Source: Escherichia coli (lineage in GTDB: Bacteria > Pseudomonadota > Gammaproteobacteria > Enterobacterales > Enterobacteriaceae). Taken from it: a DNA stretch of 64,000 bases. The first letter of the stretch is position 1. Every line of letters starts with the position of its first letter. This document shows positions 15,176-25,089 of the stretch, one piece after another. The translations under genes and the position numbers were made by a program. The stretch is from the NCBI RefSeq assembly GCF_003334355.1, contig NZ_QOWP01000001.1; one strand, given 5' to 3'. The notes below the pieces were generated by a model. That model searched no databases and was not told the DNA's origin. It saw only the letters and a program-made list of their open reading frames with translations.

Positions 15176-16609
15176 ATGAAGCAAGGTTTGCAACTCAGGC
15201 TTAGCCAACAACTGGCGATGACGCCACAGCTCCAACAGGCAATTCGTCTGTTGCAGTTGTCGACGCTGGAACTTCAGCAGGAGCTACAGCAGGCGCTGGA
15301 GAGTAATCCGCTGCTTGAGCAAATCGACACTCATGAAGAAATCGACACCCGCGAAACGCAAGACAGTGAAACGCTGGACACCGCCGACGCGCTCGAACAA
15401 AAAGAGATGCCGGAAGAGCTGCCGCTCGATGCCAGTTGGGACACCATTTACACCGCTGGTACACCATCCGGCACCAGCGGTGACTACATTGACGATGAGC
15501 TGCCGGTCTATCAGGGCGAAACGACGCAGACCTTGCAGGATTACCTGATGTGGCAGGTCGAGCTGACACCGTTTTCCGACACTGACCGCGCTATTGCTAC
15601 CTCTATCGTCGATGCCGTTGATGACACCGGTTATCTGACTGTCCCGCTGGAAGATATTCTCGAAAGTATGGGCGATGAAGAGATCGACATCGACGAGGTT
15701 GAAGCCGTCCTTAAGCGGATCCAACGGTTTGATCCGGTCGGTGTAGCGGCAAAAGATCTGCGTGACTGCCTGCTAATCCAACTCTCCCAATTCGATAAAA
15801 CCACGCCGTGGCTGGAAGAGGCCAGATTGATCATTAGCGATCATCTCGATCTGTTAGCCAATCACGACTTCCGCACTTTAATGCGCGTCACGCGTCTGAA
15901 AGAAGATGTGCTGAAAGAAGCCGTCAATCTGATCCAGTCGCTCGATCCGCGCCCCGGGCAGTCGATCCAGACTGGCGAACCTGAGTATGTCATTCCAGAT
16001 GTGCTGGTGCGTAAGCATAACGGTCACTGGACAGTAGAACTCAACAGTGACAGCATTCCGCGTCTGCAAATCAACCAGCACTACGCCTCGATGTGCAATA
16101 ACGCTCGCAATGATGGTGACAGCCAGTTTATCCGCAGCAATCTGCAGGATGCCAAATGGTTGATCAAGAGTCTGGAAAGCCGTAACGATACGCTACTGCG
16201 CGTGAGTCGCTGTATCGTTGAACAGCAGCAAGCCTTCTTTGAGCAAGGCGAAGAATATATGAAACCGATGGTACTGGCCGATATCGCCCAGGCTGTCGAA
16301 ATGCATGAATCGACGATATCTCGCGTGACCACGCAAAAATACCTGCATAGTCCACGAGGCATTTTTGAACTGAAGTATTTCTTTTCCAGTCACGTCAATA
16401 CCGAGGGCGGCGGCGAAGCTTCCTCCACGGCGATTCGTGCGCTGGTGAAGAAATTAATCGCGGCGGAAAACCCAGCGAAACCGTTGAGCGACAGCAAGTT
16501 AACCTCTTTGCTGTCGGAACAAGGTATCATGGTGGCACGCCGCACTGTTGCGAAGTACCGAGAGTCTTTATCCATTCCGCCGTCAAACCAGCGTAAACAA
16601 CTCGTTTGA
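15176..16609 (+). CDS. rpoN: RNA polymerase sigma-54 factor
   Basis: 477-aa ORF with Gln-rich N-terminus [33 protein letters not shown] and C-terminal RpoN box [10 protein letters not shown]. Confidence 0.97.
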   Translation: MKQGLQLRLSQQLAMTPQLQQAIRLLQLSTLELQQELQQALESNPLLEQIDTHEEIDTRETQDSETLDTADALEQKEMPEELPLDASWDTIYTAGTPSGTSGDYIDDELPVYQGETTQTLQDYLMWQVELTPFSDTDRAIATSIVDAVDDTGYLTVPLEDILESMGDEEIDIDEVEAVLKRIQRFDPVGVAAKDLRDCLLIQLSQFDKTTPWLEEARLIISDHLDLLANHDFRTLMRVTRLKEDVLKEAVNLIQSLDPRPGQSIQTGEPEYVIPDVLVRKHNGHWTVELNSDSIPRLQINQHYASMCNNARNDGDSQFIRSNLQDAKWLIKSLESRNDTLLRVSRCIVEQQQAFFEQGEEYMKPMVLADIAQAVEMHESTISRVTTQKYLHSPRGIFELKYFFSSHVNTEGGGEASSTAIRALVKKLIAAENPAKPLSDSKLTSLLSEQGIMVARRTVAKYRESLSIPPSNQRKQLV

Positions 16610-16631
16610 CCCAACCGATAAGGAAGACACT

Positions 16632-16919
16632 ATGCAGCTCAACATTACCGGAAATAACGTCGAGATCACCGAGGCACTGCGCGAATTTGTTACAGCCAAA
16701 TTTGCCAAACTTGAGCAATATTTTGACCGAATCAACCAGGTCTATGTTGTTCTGAAAGTGGAGAAAGTCACCCACACCTCAGATGCAACACTGCATGTAA
16801 ACGGTGGTGAAATTCATGCCAGCGCGGAAGGTCAGGACATGTACGCTGCCATTGATGGCTTAATTGATAAGCTGGCACGCCAGTTGACCAAACATAAAGA
16901 TAAACTGAAACAACACTAA
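16632..16919 (+). CDS. hpf: Ribosome hibernation promoting factor
   Basis: Track ORF trimmed to MQLNITGNNVEITEALREFVTAKFAKLEQYF... (95 aa). Confidence 0.93.
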   Translation: MQLNITGNNVEITEALREFVTAKFAKLEQYFDRINQVYVVLKVEKVTHTSDATLHVNGGEIHASAEGQDMYAAIDGLIDKLARQLTKHKDKLKQH

Positions 16920-17036
16920 TTGTCCGGGCAATTAGCATGTGCATGGCGGCCTGTTGTGCGGCACAACGGGCCATTTGTACGGTTAATGCTCCGAGCCTGT
17001 TCCACTGTTTGAGTGGGCAGGTTCTTAGGTGAAATT

Positions 17037-17528
17037 ATGACAAATAATGATACAACTCTACAGCTTAGCAGTGTTCTTAACAGGGAATGTACGCGAAGCC
17101 GCGTCCACTGTCAGAGCAAAAAACGCGCCCTGGAAATCATCAGCGAGCTGGCGGCGAAACAACTTAGCCTGCCGCCTCAGGTGGTTTTTGAAGCTATCCT
17201 GACGCGGGAAAAAATGGGCAGTACCGGTATCGGCAATGGTATTGCAATTCCGCATGGCAAACTGGAAGAAGATACTCTGCGTGCCGTTGGCGTTTTCGTT
17301 CAGCTCGAAACGCCTATAGCTTTCGATGCCATCGACAACCAACCGGTGGACTTACTTTTTGCCCTGCTGGTGCCGGCAGACCAAACTAAAACGCACCTGC
17401 ATACTCTGTCGCTGGTGGCGAAACGTCTGGCGGACAAAACCATCTGCCGCCGTTTACGCGCAGCCCAGAGCGATGAAGAGCTATATCAAATCATTACGGA
17501 TACCGAAGGTACTCCGGATGAAGCGTAG
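17037..17528 (+). CDS. ptsN: Nitrogen-related PTS EIIA(Ntr)
   Basis: Track ORF trimmed to MTNNDTTLQLSSVLNRECTRS... (163 aa), PTS EIIA fold with GIAIPHG. Confidence 0.93.
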   Translation: MTNNDTTLQLSSVLNRECTRSRVHCQSKKRALEIISELAAKQLSLPPQVVFEAILTREKMGSTGIGNGIAIPHGKLEEDTLRAVGVFVQLETPIAFDAIDNQPVDLLFALLVPADQTKTHLHTLSLVAKRLADKTICRRLRAAQSDEELYQIITDTEGTPDEA

Positions 17529-17573
17529 TTATTCGGTAATGTCTCTTTTAGACGTTGTGAGGAGAAACAGTAC

Positions 17574-18428
17574 ATGGTACTGATGATCGTCAGCGGACGT
17601 TCAGGTTCAGGTAAATCTGTCGCCCTGCGTGCGCTGGAAGATATGGGTTTTTACTGCGTGGATAACCTTCCCGTAGTGTTGTTACCCGATCTGGCTCGAA
17701 CCCTGGCCGATCGCGAGATTTCTGCCGCCGTCAGCATTGATGTTCGTAATATGCCGGAGTCACCAGAAATATTCGAACAGGCGATGAGTAACCTGCCTGA
17801 CGCTTTCTCACCGCAACTACTGTTCCTGGATGCCGACCGTAATACCTTAATTCGTCGTTACAGTGACACGCGCCGACTGCATCCGCTTTCCAGCAAAAAC
17901 CTGTCGCTGGAAAGTGCTATCGACAAAGAAAGCGATCTGCTGGAGCCTCTGCGTTCGCGAGCGGATCTGATTGTCGATACCTCAGAAATGTCCGTTCACG
18001 AGCTGGCTGAAATGCTGCGTACCCGTCTGCTGGGTAAACGTGAACGCGAACTGACAATGGTCTTTGAGTCTTTCGGCTTCAAACACGGTATCCCTATCGA
18101 TGCAGATTACGTCTTTGACGTGCGCTTCTTGCCGAACCCGCACTGGGATCCGAAACTGCGTCCAATGACAGGTCTTGATAAGCCTGTCGCCGCGTTCCTC
18201 GACCGCCACACAGAAGTACACAATTTTATCTACCAGACGCGAAGCTATCTTGAGCTATGGTTACCTATGCTGGAAACCAACAACCGTAGCTACCTGACGG
18301 TCGCCATTGGTTGTACCGGCGGGAAGCACCGTTCGGTGTATATTGCAGAGCAACTGGCTGACTACTTCCGCTCGCGCGGTAAAAACGTCCAGTCACGCCA
18401 TCGTACGCTGGAAAAACGTAAACCATGA
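17574..18428 (+). CDS. rapZ: RNase adaptor protein RapZ (YhbJ)
   Basis: 284-aa [36 protein letters not shown]... with P-loop. Confidence 0.95.
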
Positions 18429-18697
18429 CCGTCAAGCAAACTGTTGAAATCACAAACAAGCTGGGCATGCATGCCCGGCCTGCAATGAAGCTGTTTGAAT
18501 TAATGCAGGGTTTTGACGCTGAAGTGCTGTTACGTAATGACGAAGGCACCGAGGCTGAAGCCAACAGCGTTATTGCGCTGCTGATGTTGGATTCTGCCAA
18601 AGGACGGCAGATTGAAGTTGAAGCGACCGGTCCACAAGAAGAGGAAGCACTGGCCGCCGTTATCGCCCTCTTTAACTCTGGTTTTGATGAAGATTAA
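18425..18697 (+). CDS. npr: HPr-like phosphocarrier NPr
   Basis: 90-aa [28 protein letters not shown]...; overlaps rapZ stop by 4 nt. Confidence 0.93.
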
Positions 18698-18842
18698 TCT
18701 TCATCACTTTGACATTCAAATCCCTTCAAGCTCCCCCGGCAATAAGAAAAGCGCGTACTGAAATCGTTCTCAATCAACGTCATTTGTACATTTTGTGCGC
18801 TTTTCACTTTCAGAAGAACCTTAAGAAAACCTTAAGAAGCAT

Positions 18843-18859
18843 TGTTTAGGTTTTGTTTA
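18843..18859 (+). promoter_or_regulatory. PhoP box (direct repeat TGTTTA-N5-TGTTTA) upstream of yrbL
   Basis: Read directly: tgtttaggttttgttta, about 50 nt upstream of the yrbL start; yrbL is remembered as a PhoPQ regulon member. Confidence 0.75.
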
Positions 18860-18909
18860 AGTTAATCGACCATACTGGAGATCGTCAGAAAATATTTCCA
18901 GGAGATGGC

Positions 18910-19542
18910 ATGATTCGCTTATCTGAACAAAGTCCCCTGGGCACCGGAAGACATCGGAAATGTTATGCGCATCCGGAAGATGCCCAACGCTGTATCAAGA
19001 TTGTCTACCATCGTGGCGATGGTGGCGATAAAGAGATCCGCCGTGAGTTAAAGTATTACGCGCATCTTGGTCGTCGGTTAAAAGACTGGAGTGGAATACC
19101 GCGCTATCACGGTACCGTTGAGACGGATTGCGGAACCGGTTATGTCTACGATGTGATTGCCGATTTCGACGGCAAGCCCTCCATTACGCTGACCGAATTT
19201 GCTGAACAATGCCGTTACGAAGAAGACGTTGCACAACTGCGCCAGTTACTGAAACAGCTGAAGCGTTATTTGCAGGATAACCGTATCGTGACGATGTCGC
19301 TGAAGCCGCAGAATATCCTCTGTCATCGCATCAGTGAGTCAGAGGTTATCCCCGTCGTCTGCGACAACATTGGTGAAAGCACATTGATTCCACTGGCAAC
19401 CTGGTCGAAGTGGTGTTGTCTGCGTAAGCAAGAGCGGTTATGGAAACGATTTATCGCCCAACCGGCGCTGGCTATTGCCCTGCAGAAAGATCTGCAACCT
19501 CGTGAGAGCAAAACGCTGGCCCTCACTTCGCGCGAAGCTTAA
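18910..19542 (+). CDS. yrbL: PhoP-regulated protein YrbL
   Basis: Track ORF trimmed to [42 protein letters not shown]... (210 aa). Confidence 0.85.
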   Translation: MIRLSEQSPLGTGRHRKCYAHPEDAQRCIKIVYHRGDGGDKEIRRELKYYAHLGRRLKDWSGIPRYHGTVETDCGTGYVYDVIADFDGKPSITLTEFAEQCRYEEDVAQLRQLLKQLKRYLQDNRIVTMSLKPQNILCHRISESEVIPVVCDNIGESTLIPLATWSKWCCLRKQERLWKRFIAQPALAIALQKDLQPRESKTLALTSREA

Positions 19543-20267
19543 TCCAGCTGGTGTTGTTGCATAAACGGCTCACCGCCTAACTGATACATCTGCCGTAAAA
19601 TCCACGCCTGACGGCTATGCACGTAGCCCGATGGCGCGGAGACTTTGAAACGACGTGGATTAGGTAATACAGCTGCCAGTAATGCAGCTTCCGATCGGGT
19701 AAGTTTGCTCGCGGGTTTGTGGAAATAACGTTGTGCCGCAGCTTCGACGCCAAACACACCGTCGCCAAATTCGGCGATATTCAGGTAAACCGTCAGGATA
19801 CGCTTTTTGCTCCAGACCGTTTCTATCCCCAGCGTTAATCCAGCTTCCAGCCCTTTTCGTACCCAGCTACGCCCATCCCATAAAAAGAGATTTTTGGCTG
19901 TCTGCTGAGAAATCGTTGATGCACCGCGAATACGGTTTTCATTGCGCTCGTTGTGCGCCAGGGCTTTCTCAATGGAAGCGACATCAAAGCCCCAGTGCTC
20001 AGGAAATTTCTGATCTTCTGCGGCAATCACCGCCAGTCCCATCCATGGCGAGATTTGATCCATACTGACCCAGTCAGAATGTGCCACGTAACGAAAATTG
20101 CCATGCAGCCAGGCGCTGACCTGTCGCTCGACCATTACCGCTGAGAAGGGAACAGGCGCAACGCTAAACAACGCGATGCCCCCGCCCCAGAAAACGGCGA
20201 GGACAACCATTAACCGCAAAAGAAAACGGCGAACGAAACTAAACACCGTTAAGCGGCTTTTACTCAT
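19539..20267 (-). CDS. mtgA: Monofunctional peptidoglycan glycosyltransferase
   Basis: 242-aa ORF with N-terminal TM anchor and transglycosylase motifs ([17 protein letters not shown]). Confidence 0.93.
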   Translation of the reverse strand: MSKSRLTVFSFVRRFLLRLMVVLAVFWGGGIALFSVAPVPFSAVMVERQVSAWLHGNFRYVAHSDWVSMDQISPWMGLAVIAAEDQKFPEHWGFDVASIEKALAHNERNENRIRGASTISQQTAKNLFLWDGRSWVRKGLEAGLTLGIETVWSKKRILTVYLNIAEFGDGVFGVEAAAQRYFHKPASKLTRSEAALLAAVLPNPRRFKVSAPSGYVHSRQAWILRQMYQLGGEPFMQQHQLD

Positions 20268-20917
20268 TCAGCCAGAACCAGCACGCGGGATACCAGCTTA
20301 TCAATGCCGCTCGCCGCTTCTGCAATGTTCTGCGCCAGCATATATGCTGGGGTGGTGACAATCTTATTGTCTTCATCAACCACGATATCATCGACAGGAC
20401 AGGGCACATGCTCCGCGCCCATCTCTTCCAGCACTTCTGCGGTATCGATATCAGTACCGATGGTCAAACGCAGCGGGAAATCGAAAATTTTCGGCAGCAT
20501 CGCCGGGGCAATACACATAAAACCAAGCGGTTTTCCGGCCTGATGCATCGCTTGTGCCAGCGCCTTTAATTCACGGTCAACGGTGCATTCGCTACCAAGA
20601 CTGGCAAAATTGCTTAAATTCTTCGCCGCGCCAAACCCCCCCGGCACAATCAACGCATCCAGTTCAGCGGCATCGGCCTGGGCCAGAGGACGGATTTCAC
20701 CGCGCGTTATTCGTGCCGCTTCAATCAGCACATTGCGCGTTTCCGTCATCGCCTCGCCAGTTAAATGGTTGATAACATCAACCTGCTGCTTATCCGGTGC
20801 AAAGCAGACCGCCTGCGCACCGCTGCGTGAAATAGCTAACAACGTCAACACCGCTTCATGAATTTCAGAACCGTCATAGACGCCGCATCCGCTCAGAATT
20901 ACGCCAATTTTCTTCAT
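20264..20917 (-). CDS. elbB: DJ-1/PfpI-family glyoxalase ElbB (YhbL)
   Basis: Track ORF trimmed to [24 protein letters not shown]... (217 aa). Confidence 0.9.
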   Translation of the reverse strand: MKKIGVILSGCGVYDGSEIHEAVLTLLAISRSGAQAVCFAPDKQQVDVINHLTGEAMTETRNVLIEAARITRGEIRPLAQADAAELDALIVPGGFGAAKNLSNFASLGSECTVDRELKALAQAMHQAGKPLGFMCIAPAMLPKIFDFPLRLTIGTDIDTAEVLEEMGAEHVPCPVDDIVVDEDNKIVTTPAYMLAQNIAEAASGIDKLVSRVLVLAE

Positions 20918-21034
20918 TGTGATCATCCTTTCGCAATTGACTGAAACACATTAATTTTTTTAATAAAAATGGTACGCATCACACATTTAACTGATTCATG
21001 TAACAAATCATTTAAGTTTTGCTATCTTAACTGC

Positions 21035-21155
21035 GTGCGGCCTGAAAAACAGTGCTGTGCCCTTGTAACTCATCATAATAATTTACGGCGCAGCCAAGTT
21101 TTCCCTGGTGTTGGCGCAGTATTCGCGCACCCCGGTCTAGCCGGGGTCATTTTTT
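21035..21155 (+). ncRNA. arcZ: ArcZ small regulatory RNA (SraH/RyhA)
   Basis: Sequence gtgcggcctgaaaaacagtgctgtgccc...ggtgttggcgcagtattcgcgcaccccggtctagccggggtcatttttt matches ArcZ as I remember it, including the 3' seed and the intrinsic terminator; it overlaps the arcB stop convergently. Confidence 0.9.
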
Positions 21156-23483
21156 AGTGGCTTTTGCCACCCACGCTTTCAGCACTTCTACGTCGTGACG
21201 CCACTCTTCTTTCATCTCTTCAATCCATTCACCGACGTTATCTTCCCAGGCCGGAAGGTCAGGAGACTGAATTTGCTGACCCAGCTGTTGCAGATGGCGT
21301 AACCCCACTGACCCCGCCGCACCTTTAATTTTATGTCCTTCCTCAACAATGCCTTTTTTATCCTGCGCCGTCAGATTCGACTCCAGCACGCTGACATAGC
21401 CCGGCATCATCTTCTCAAACACCGCTAACCCGTCGGTGATCAGCTTCGGTCCTACAAGTTCGAGATACTGTTCCAGCATGGGAATATCGAGCAATGCTTC
21501 TGATTTACTGTTCTCTTCTGTCGTCACCGTACTCTCCTCATCATCCAGGGTATCCCAGAATTTCTTGATCATCGCGGTTAGCGCCGGAACAGAAAGCGGC
21601 TTACTCAGCACATCATCCATTCCAGCATTGAGGTACTCTTGTTTGTCTTTCAGCACGTTAGCGGTTAAGGCCACCAGCGGCGGTAAATCCTCGCGCGGAT
21701 AACGTTTCGTCAGTTCACGAGAGATATCCAGCCCGGTCATATCTGGCAACTGAATATCCAGCAACACCAGGTCGTATTCGCCCGGTTTAAACATCTCCAG
21801 CGCCGCCTTGCCGGTCATGGCGACATCAACGCTGTTACCTAATTTTTCCAGCACAGAACGCGCAACAATCACGTTCAGTTCAATGTCTTCCACCAGCAGC
21901 ACATTCAGCGCCGGTAAAGGCATATCGTCTTCATCAAACGCATCATCGACCTCTTCTGCTACCGACGGTGCGTGGATCGTCAACGTAAAGGTTGAACCTT
22001 TGCCCTGTTCGCTGGTAACCGTAATATCGCCGCCCATATTTTTCGCCAGACGACGAGAAACGGCCAGACCAATACCGGTGCCGGTGGCAGGTTTACCGCC
22101 ATGACTGTCTTTCACCTGGTAATACATGGCGAAAATTTTATCCAGCTCATCCTGCGGAATGCCGATACCAGAGTCTTCCACTTCAAAATGCAGCATATCG
22201 CCTTCATCGTAGCGCACGCGCACGGTAACCTGGCCTTGCTGGGTGAATTTGACGGCGTTACTGATGAGGTTCCACAGGATCTGCCGTAAACGCGTCCCGT
22301 CGGTAATGACCTGATGCGGTAATGGCAGCGTCGGCTCCAGGTTAAAGCGCAATCCTTTTTGTTGCGCCTGCAATGCGGAGAGATTTTCCAGATCGGCAAG
22401 GAAGCTGGTGAAATCAACCGGTTGATTATCAAGCTGGACCTTGCGCCGTTCCATCTTATCCATGTCGATAATATCGTTAAAGATATTCCCCAGCGTGACG
22501 GCCGAAACATGGATGGTCTTGAGATATTTTTCCTGCTCGGCGGTGAGTTCGGTATCCAGCAGAATGCGGCTCAGACCGACGATACCGTTCAGCGGTGTAC
22601 GCAATTCGTGACTGATGGTGGAGATAAACGTCGTTTTGTCGCGGCTGGCCCGTTCAAGCGCATCCTGATACCGCTTACGCTCGGTAATGTCGCGACCAAA
22701 GCCCATCAAACCGTGACGTTTACCCACGCGGTCGTAGTACGGCACTTTACGGATTTCAAAGCAGGCTTTGCGCCCGTCCGGGTAATCCAGCCACTGTTCA
22801 TAGGTCAGTGACACATTATGACGGAACACTTTTTCATCGGTTTCAATGACTTTTGCGGCGGCTTCCGGTGAGTAAACATCAGCAGGTTTCAGGTGAATCA
22901 GTTGTTTTTCGCTTTTTCCGGTCAGCAGCTCCATCGCGCGGTTACAGCCGGAAAACTCTTTATCTTCGTTACGATAAAAAACCAGGTCGGGTGAAGCATC
23001 AAGGAAGGAACGTAAGAATGAGGATTGCTGCTCGAGCTGAATTTGTGTCTCTTCGCGCTCTTTGATTTCAATTTTCAGTTGGCCGAAGGTTTCCTGCAGT
23101 TCTGCTTCCGCTTTTTCACGAACGGCAATTTCCTGATTTAGCTGGGCAATATTATCTTTTAACTGAACGTTGAGGCTCAAATCGCGCTCGCGCATCTCCT
23201 CCAGTTTTTGCACCAGCCGTGACAGACGTTGTCGTGACTCCTCCAGTTGCTCGACGACCACCGATAGAAAGTAGACCGCCCACGGCGTAATCAGCAAACC
23301 AAAGAAGATAGAACGAATAACATCAATGCTTTCGACCTGACCATGCAGCACCATGGTTACCGCCATTTGTACCACAATGGCAAGAACGACGAGGGCCAGC
23401 GCCAGCAACATTGAGAAGCGCACCAGACCTAACTTCATCATCAGGTCAACATAATACTGCGCCAGCAGACGAATTTGCTTCAT
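21147..23483 (-). CDS. arcB: Aerobic respiration control sensor kinase ArcB
   Basis: Track ORF trimmed to MKQIRLLAQYYVDLMMKLGLVRF... (778 aa) with PAS, HisKA (SHELRTPLN), receiver and HPt domains. Confidence 0.96.
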   Translation of the reverse strand: MKQIRLLAQYYVDLMMKLGLVRFSMLLALALVVLAIVVQMAVTMVLHGQVESIDVIRSIFFGLLITPWAVYFLSVVVEQLEESRQRLSRLVQKLEEMRERDLSLNVQLKDNIAQLNQEIAVREKAEAELQETFGQLKIEIKEREETQIQLEQQSSFLRSFLDASPDLVFYRNEDKEFSGCNRAMELLTGKSEKQLIHLKPADVYSPEAAAKVIETDEKVFRHNVSLTYEQWLDYPDGRKACFEIRKVPYYDRVGKRHGLMGFGRDITERKRYQDALERASRDKTTFISTISHELRTPLNGIVGLSRILLDTELTAEQEKYLKTIHVSAVTLGNIFNDIIDMDKMERRKVQLDNQPVDFTSFLADLENLSALQAQQKGLRFNLEPTLPLPHQVITDGTRLRQILWNLISNAVKFTQQGQVTVRVRYDEGDMLHFEVEDSGIGIPQDELDKIFAMYYQVKDSHGGKPATGTGIGLAVSRRLAKNMGGDITVTSEQGKGSTFTLTIHAPSVAEEVDDAFDEDDMPLPALNVLLVEDIELNVIVARSVLEKLGNSVDVAMTGKAALEMFKPGEYDLVLLDIQLPDMTGLDISRELTKRYPREDLPPLVALTANVLKDKQEYLNAGMDDVLSKPLSVPALTAMIKKFWDTLDDEESTVTTEENSKSEALLDIPMLEQYLELVGPKLITDGLAVFEKMMPGYVSVLESNLTAQDKKGIVEEGHKIKGAAGSVGLRHLQQLGQQIQSPDLPAWEDNVGEWIEEMKEEWRHDVEVLKAWVAKATKK

Positions 23484-23578
23484 TAGGGAATTCCTTCGCG
23501 ACAACCTCCCCCAATAATACCCAATTCTGACAGTTACGTTATAAATTGTGTGAGAAATGCGGAATTCCCCTCAACGAC

Positions 23579-24508
23579 CTACTCCGTTGGAGGTAGCCAC
23601 GGACGTCCCAGCGCCGATCCCTGTACGCCATGTTCATTCAGATAGCGATCCAGCTCGACCATTCCCGTCCATCGATTTTCGCACCACAGCGGAGCAAGCA
23701 GCGTCGGGCGACGGGCGCTGGCGGAAATGCGGTGGTAGATCACTTCCGGTGGCGTATGGCGAATCATTTCTCCGGCAGTGAGCGTGTAATCCTCCAGTTC
23801 AATACCGTTCAAACGCCCCGCTTCCCAGGCTTTCGCCATAATGCTGCCTTTCACAATATGCAGCGGATGCAGCTTTATGCCGTCCACGCCGGTTTCAACC
23901 ACTCGCTCCAGCGTTTGCAAACATTCAGCCTGCCCTTCGCCAGGCAGGCCGACAATTAAGTGGGAACACACCTTCAGCCCGCGCTGACGTGCCAGCTGGG
24001 TTGTACGCTGATAACAGGCAAAATCATGGCCGCGGTTGATGCGATGCAGTGTTTTGTCGTGGGCGGTTTGTAGCCCCAGCTCCAGCCACACTTCGTAACC
24101 CTGGTCCTTATATTCGCAAAGCAGATCCAGCACCGCATCCGGCACGCAGTCCGGGCGGGTACCAACACACAAACCGACAATATTGGCCTGGCTCACCGCC
24201 TGCTGATACATAGAACGCAGCACCTGAACTTCCGCAAAGGTGCTGGTATACGCCTGAAAGTAGGCCAGATAGCGTTTAGCACGGTTAACTAAATTCGCCT
24301 GGTGCGCCAGTTGCTCGGCAATGGAACGATGCTGCTGCGCTTCATCGGCAAACGAGGCCACATTACAGAATGTGCAGCCACCACGCCCGATGGTACCGTC
24401 ACGGTTAGGGCAGCTAAAACCGCCGTGCAGCGTCAGCTTATGCACCTTTTGCCCATAACGACGGGTGAGATCACCACCAAACATATTGACTAATTTCTGT
24501 AACTGCAT
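23579..24508 (-). CDS. yhcC: Radical SAM protein YhcC
   Basis: Track ORF trimmed to MQLQKLVNMFGGDLTRRYGQKVHKLTLHGGFSCPNRDG... (309 aa). Confidence 0.88.
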   Translation of the reverse strand: MQLQKLVNMFGGDLTRRYGQKVHKLTLHGGFSCPNRDGTIGRGGCTFCNVASFADEAQQHRSIAEQLAHQANLVNRAKRYLAYFQAYTSTFAEVQVLRSMYQQAVSQANIVGLCVGTRPDCVPDAVLDLLCEYKDQGYEVWLELGLQTAHDKTLHRINRGHDFACYQRTTQLARQRGLKVCSHLIVGLPGEGQAECLQTLERVVETGVDGIKLHPLHIVKGSIMAKAWEAGRLNGIELEDYTLTAGEMIRHTPPEVIYHRISASARRPTLLAPLWCENRWTGMVELDRYLNEHGVQGSALGRPWLPPTE

Positions 24509-24599
24509 AATCTGATAGACCGCGCCTTGAAAAGAGGCCAAAGCCTGCCATTTTTAGCTCAATTCGGCGATGACCTGGATCAATCGTCCCGGCCTGCTT

Positions 24600-24962
24600 T
24601 TATCAACTGCATAATCAATCAAAATTACCGAAATTTCATGCATAATCACATAAATCACTTTTGCTTATCTTGTGTCAGATTTTTTTATCTCCTTATGGAT
24701 TTTAGGCAAAAACAGTAGCATGAAACGTCATTACCAATTAAGGCAGTATAAAATGCTGGTTTTGTCGTCAGTTCAAGGCAGGATAAGGGTTAACACGCCT
24801 TTATGACAGTCAGGAATTGACTGTTTCTCTAACGACTTCCCTTTTAGCCTTAAAGATAAAATCTATTTTAATTTCAGTCAGTTAATAAAGAATTTTGCGC
24901 TAAAGCACATTTCTGTACCAATAAGCTTGCTATTTGACCTGTATCAGCTTTCCCGATAAGTT
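24600..24962 (+). promoter_or_regulatory. AT-rich gltBD upstream control region with candidate sigma70 promoter
   Basis: About 360 bp of AT-rich DNA upstream of gltB; TTGACC at 24934-24939 followed by a weak -10 near 24957. The gltBDF promoter is remembered as Lrp/IHF dependent; individual sites are not resolved here. Confidence 0.4.
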
Positions 24963-25089
24963 GGAAATCCGCTGGAAGCTTTCTGGATGAGCAGCCTGCT
25001 CATCATATTTATGCAGTAATTGAGATCCCCTCTTCACCGTATTAACCGATGCGAAAAGGACAACAAGGGGGCGAATGCGAGGCGCGCGT

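Noticed and set aside
20969-21157. 62-aa ORF in the elbB-arcB spacer
   Set aside because: The region matches the ArcZ sRNA including its terminator; the ORF has no RBS and is better explained as non-coding.
21147-23504. 5'-extended starts offered by the ORF track for arcB and many other genes (rplU, ibaG, mlaB, mlaD, kdsD, lptA, hpf, ptsN, yrbL, elbB, yhcC, nanK, nanE, nanT, dcuD, rplM, zapG, degQ, mdh, yhcN, aaeX, rng)
   Set aside because: The track reports the longest ORF from the first in-frame ATG. Internal starts give the protein lengths and N-termini I remember for these well-characterised proteins and have better RBS spacing.
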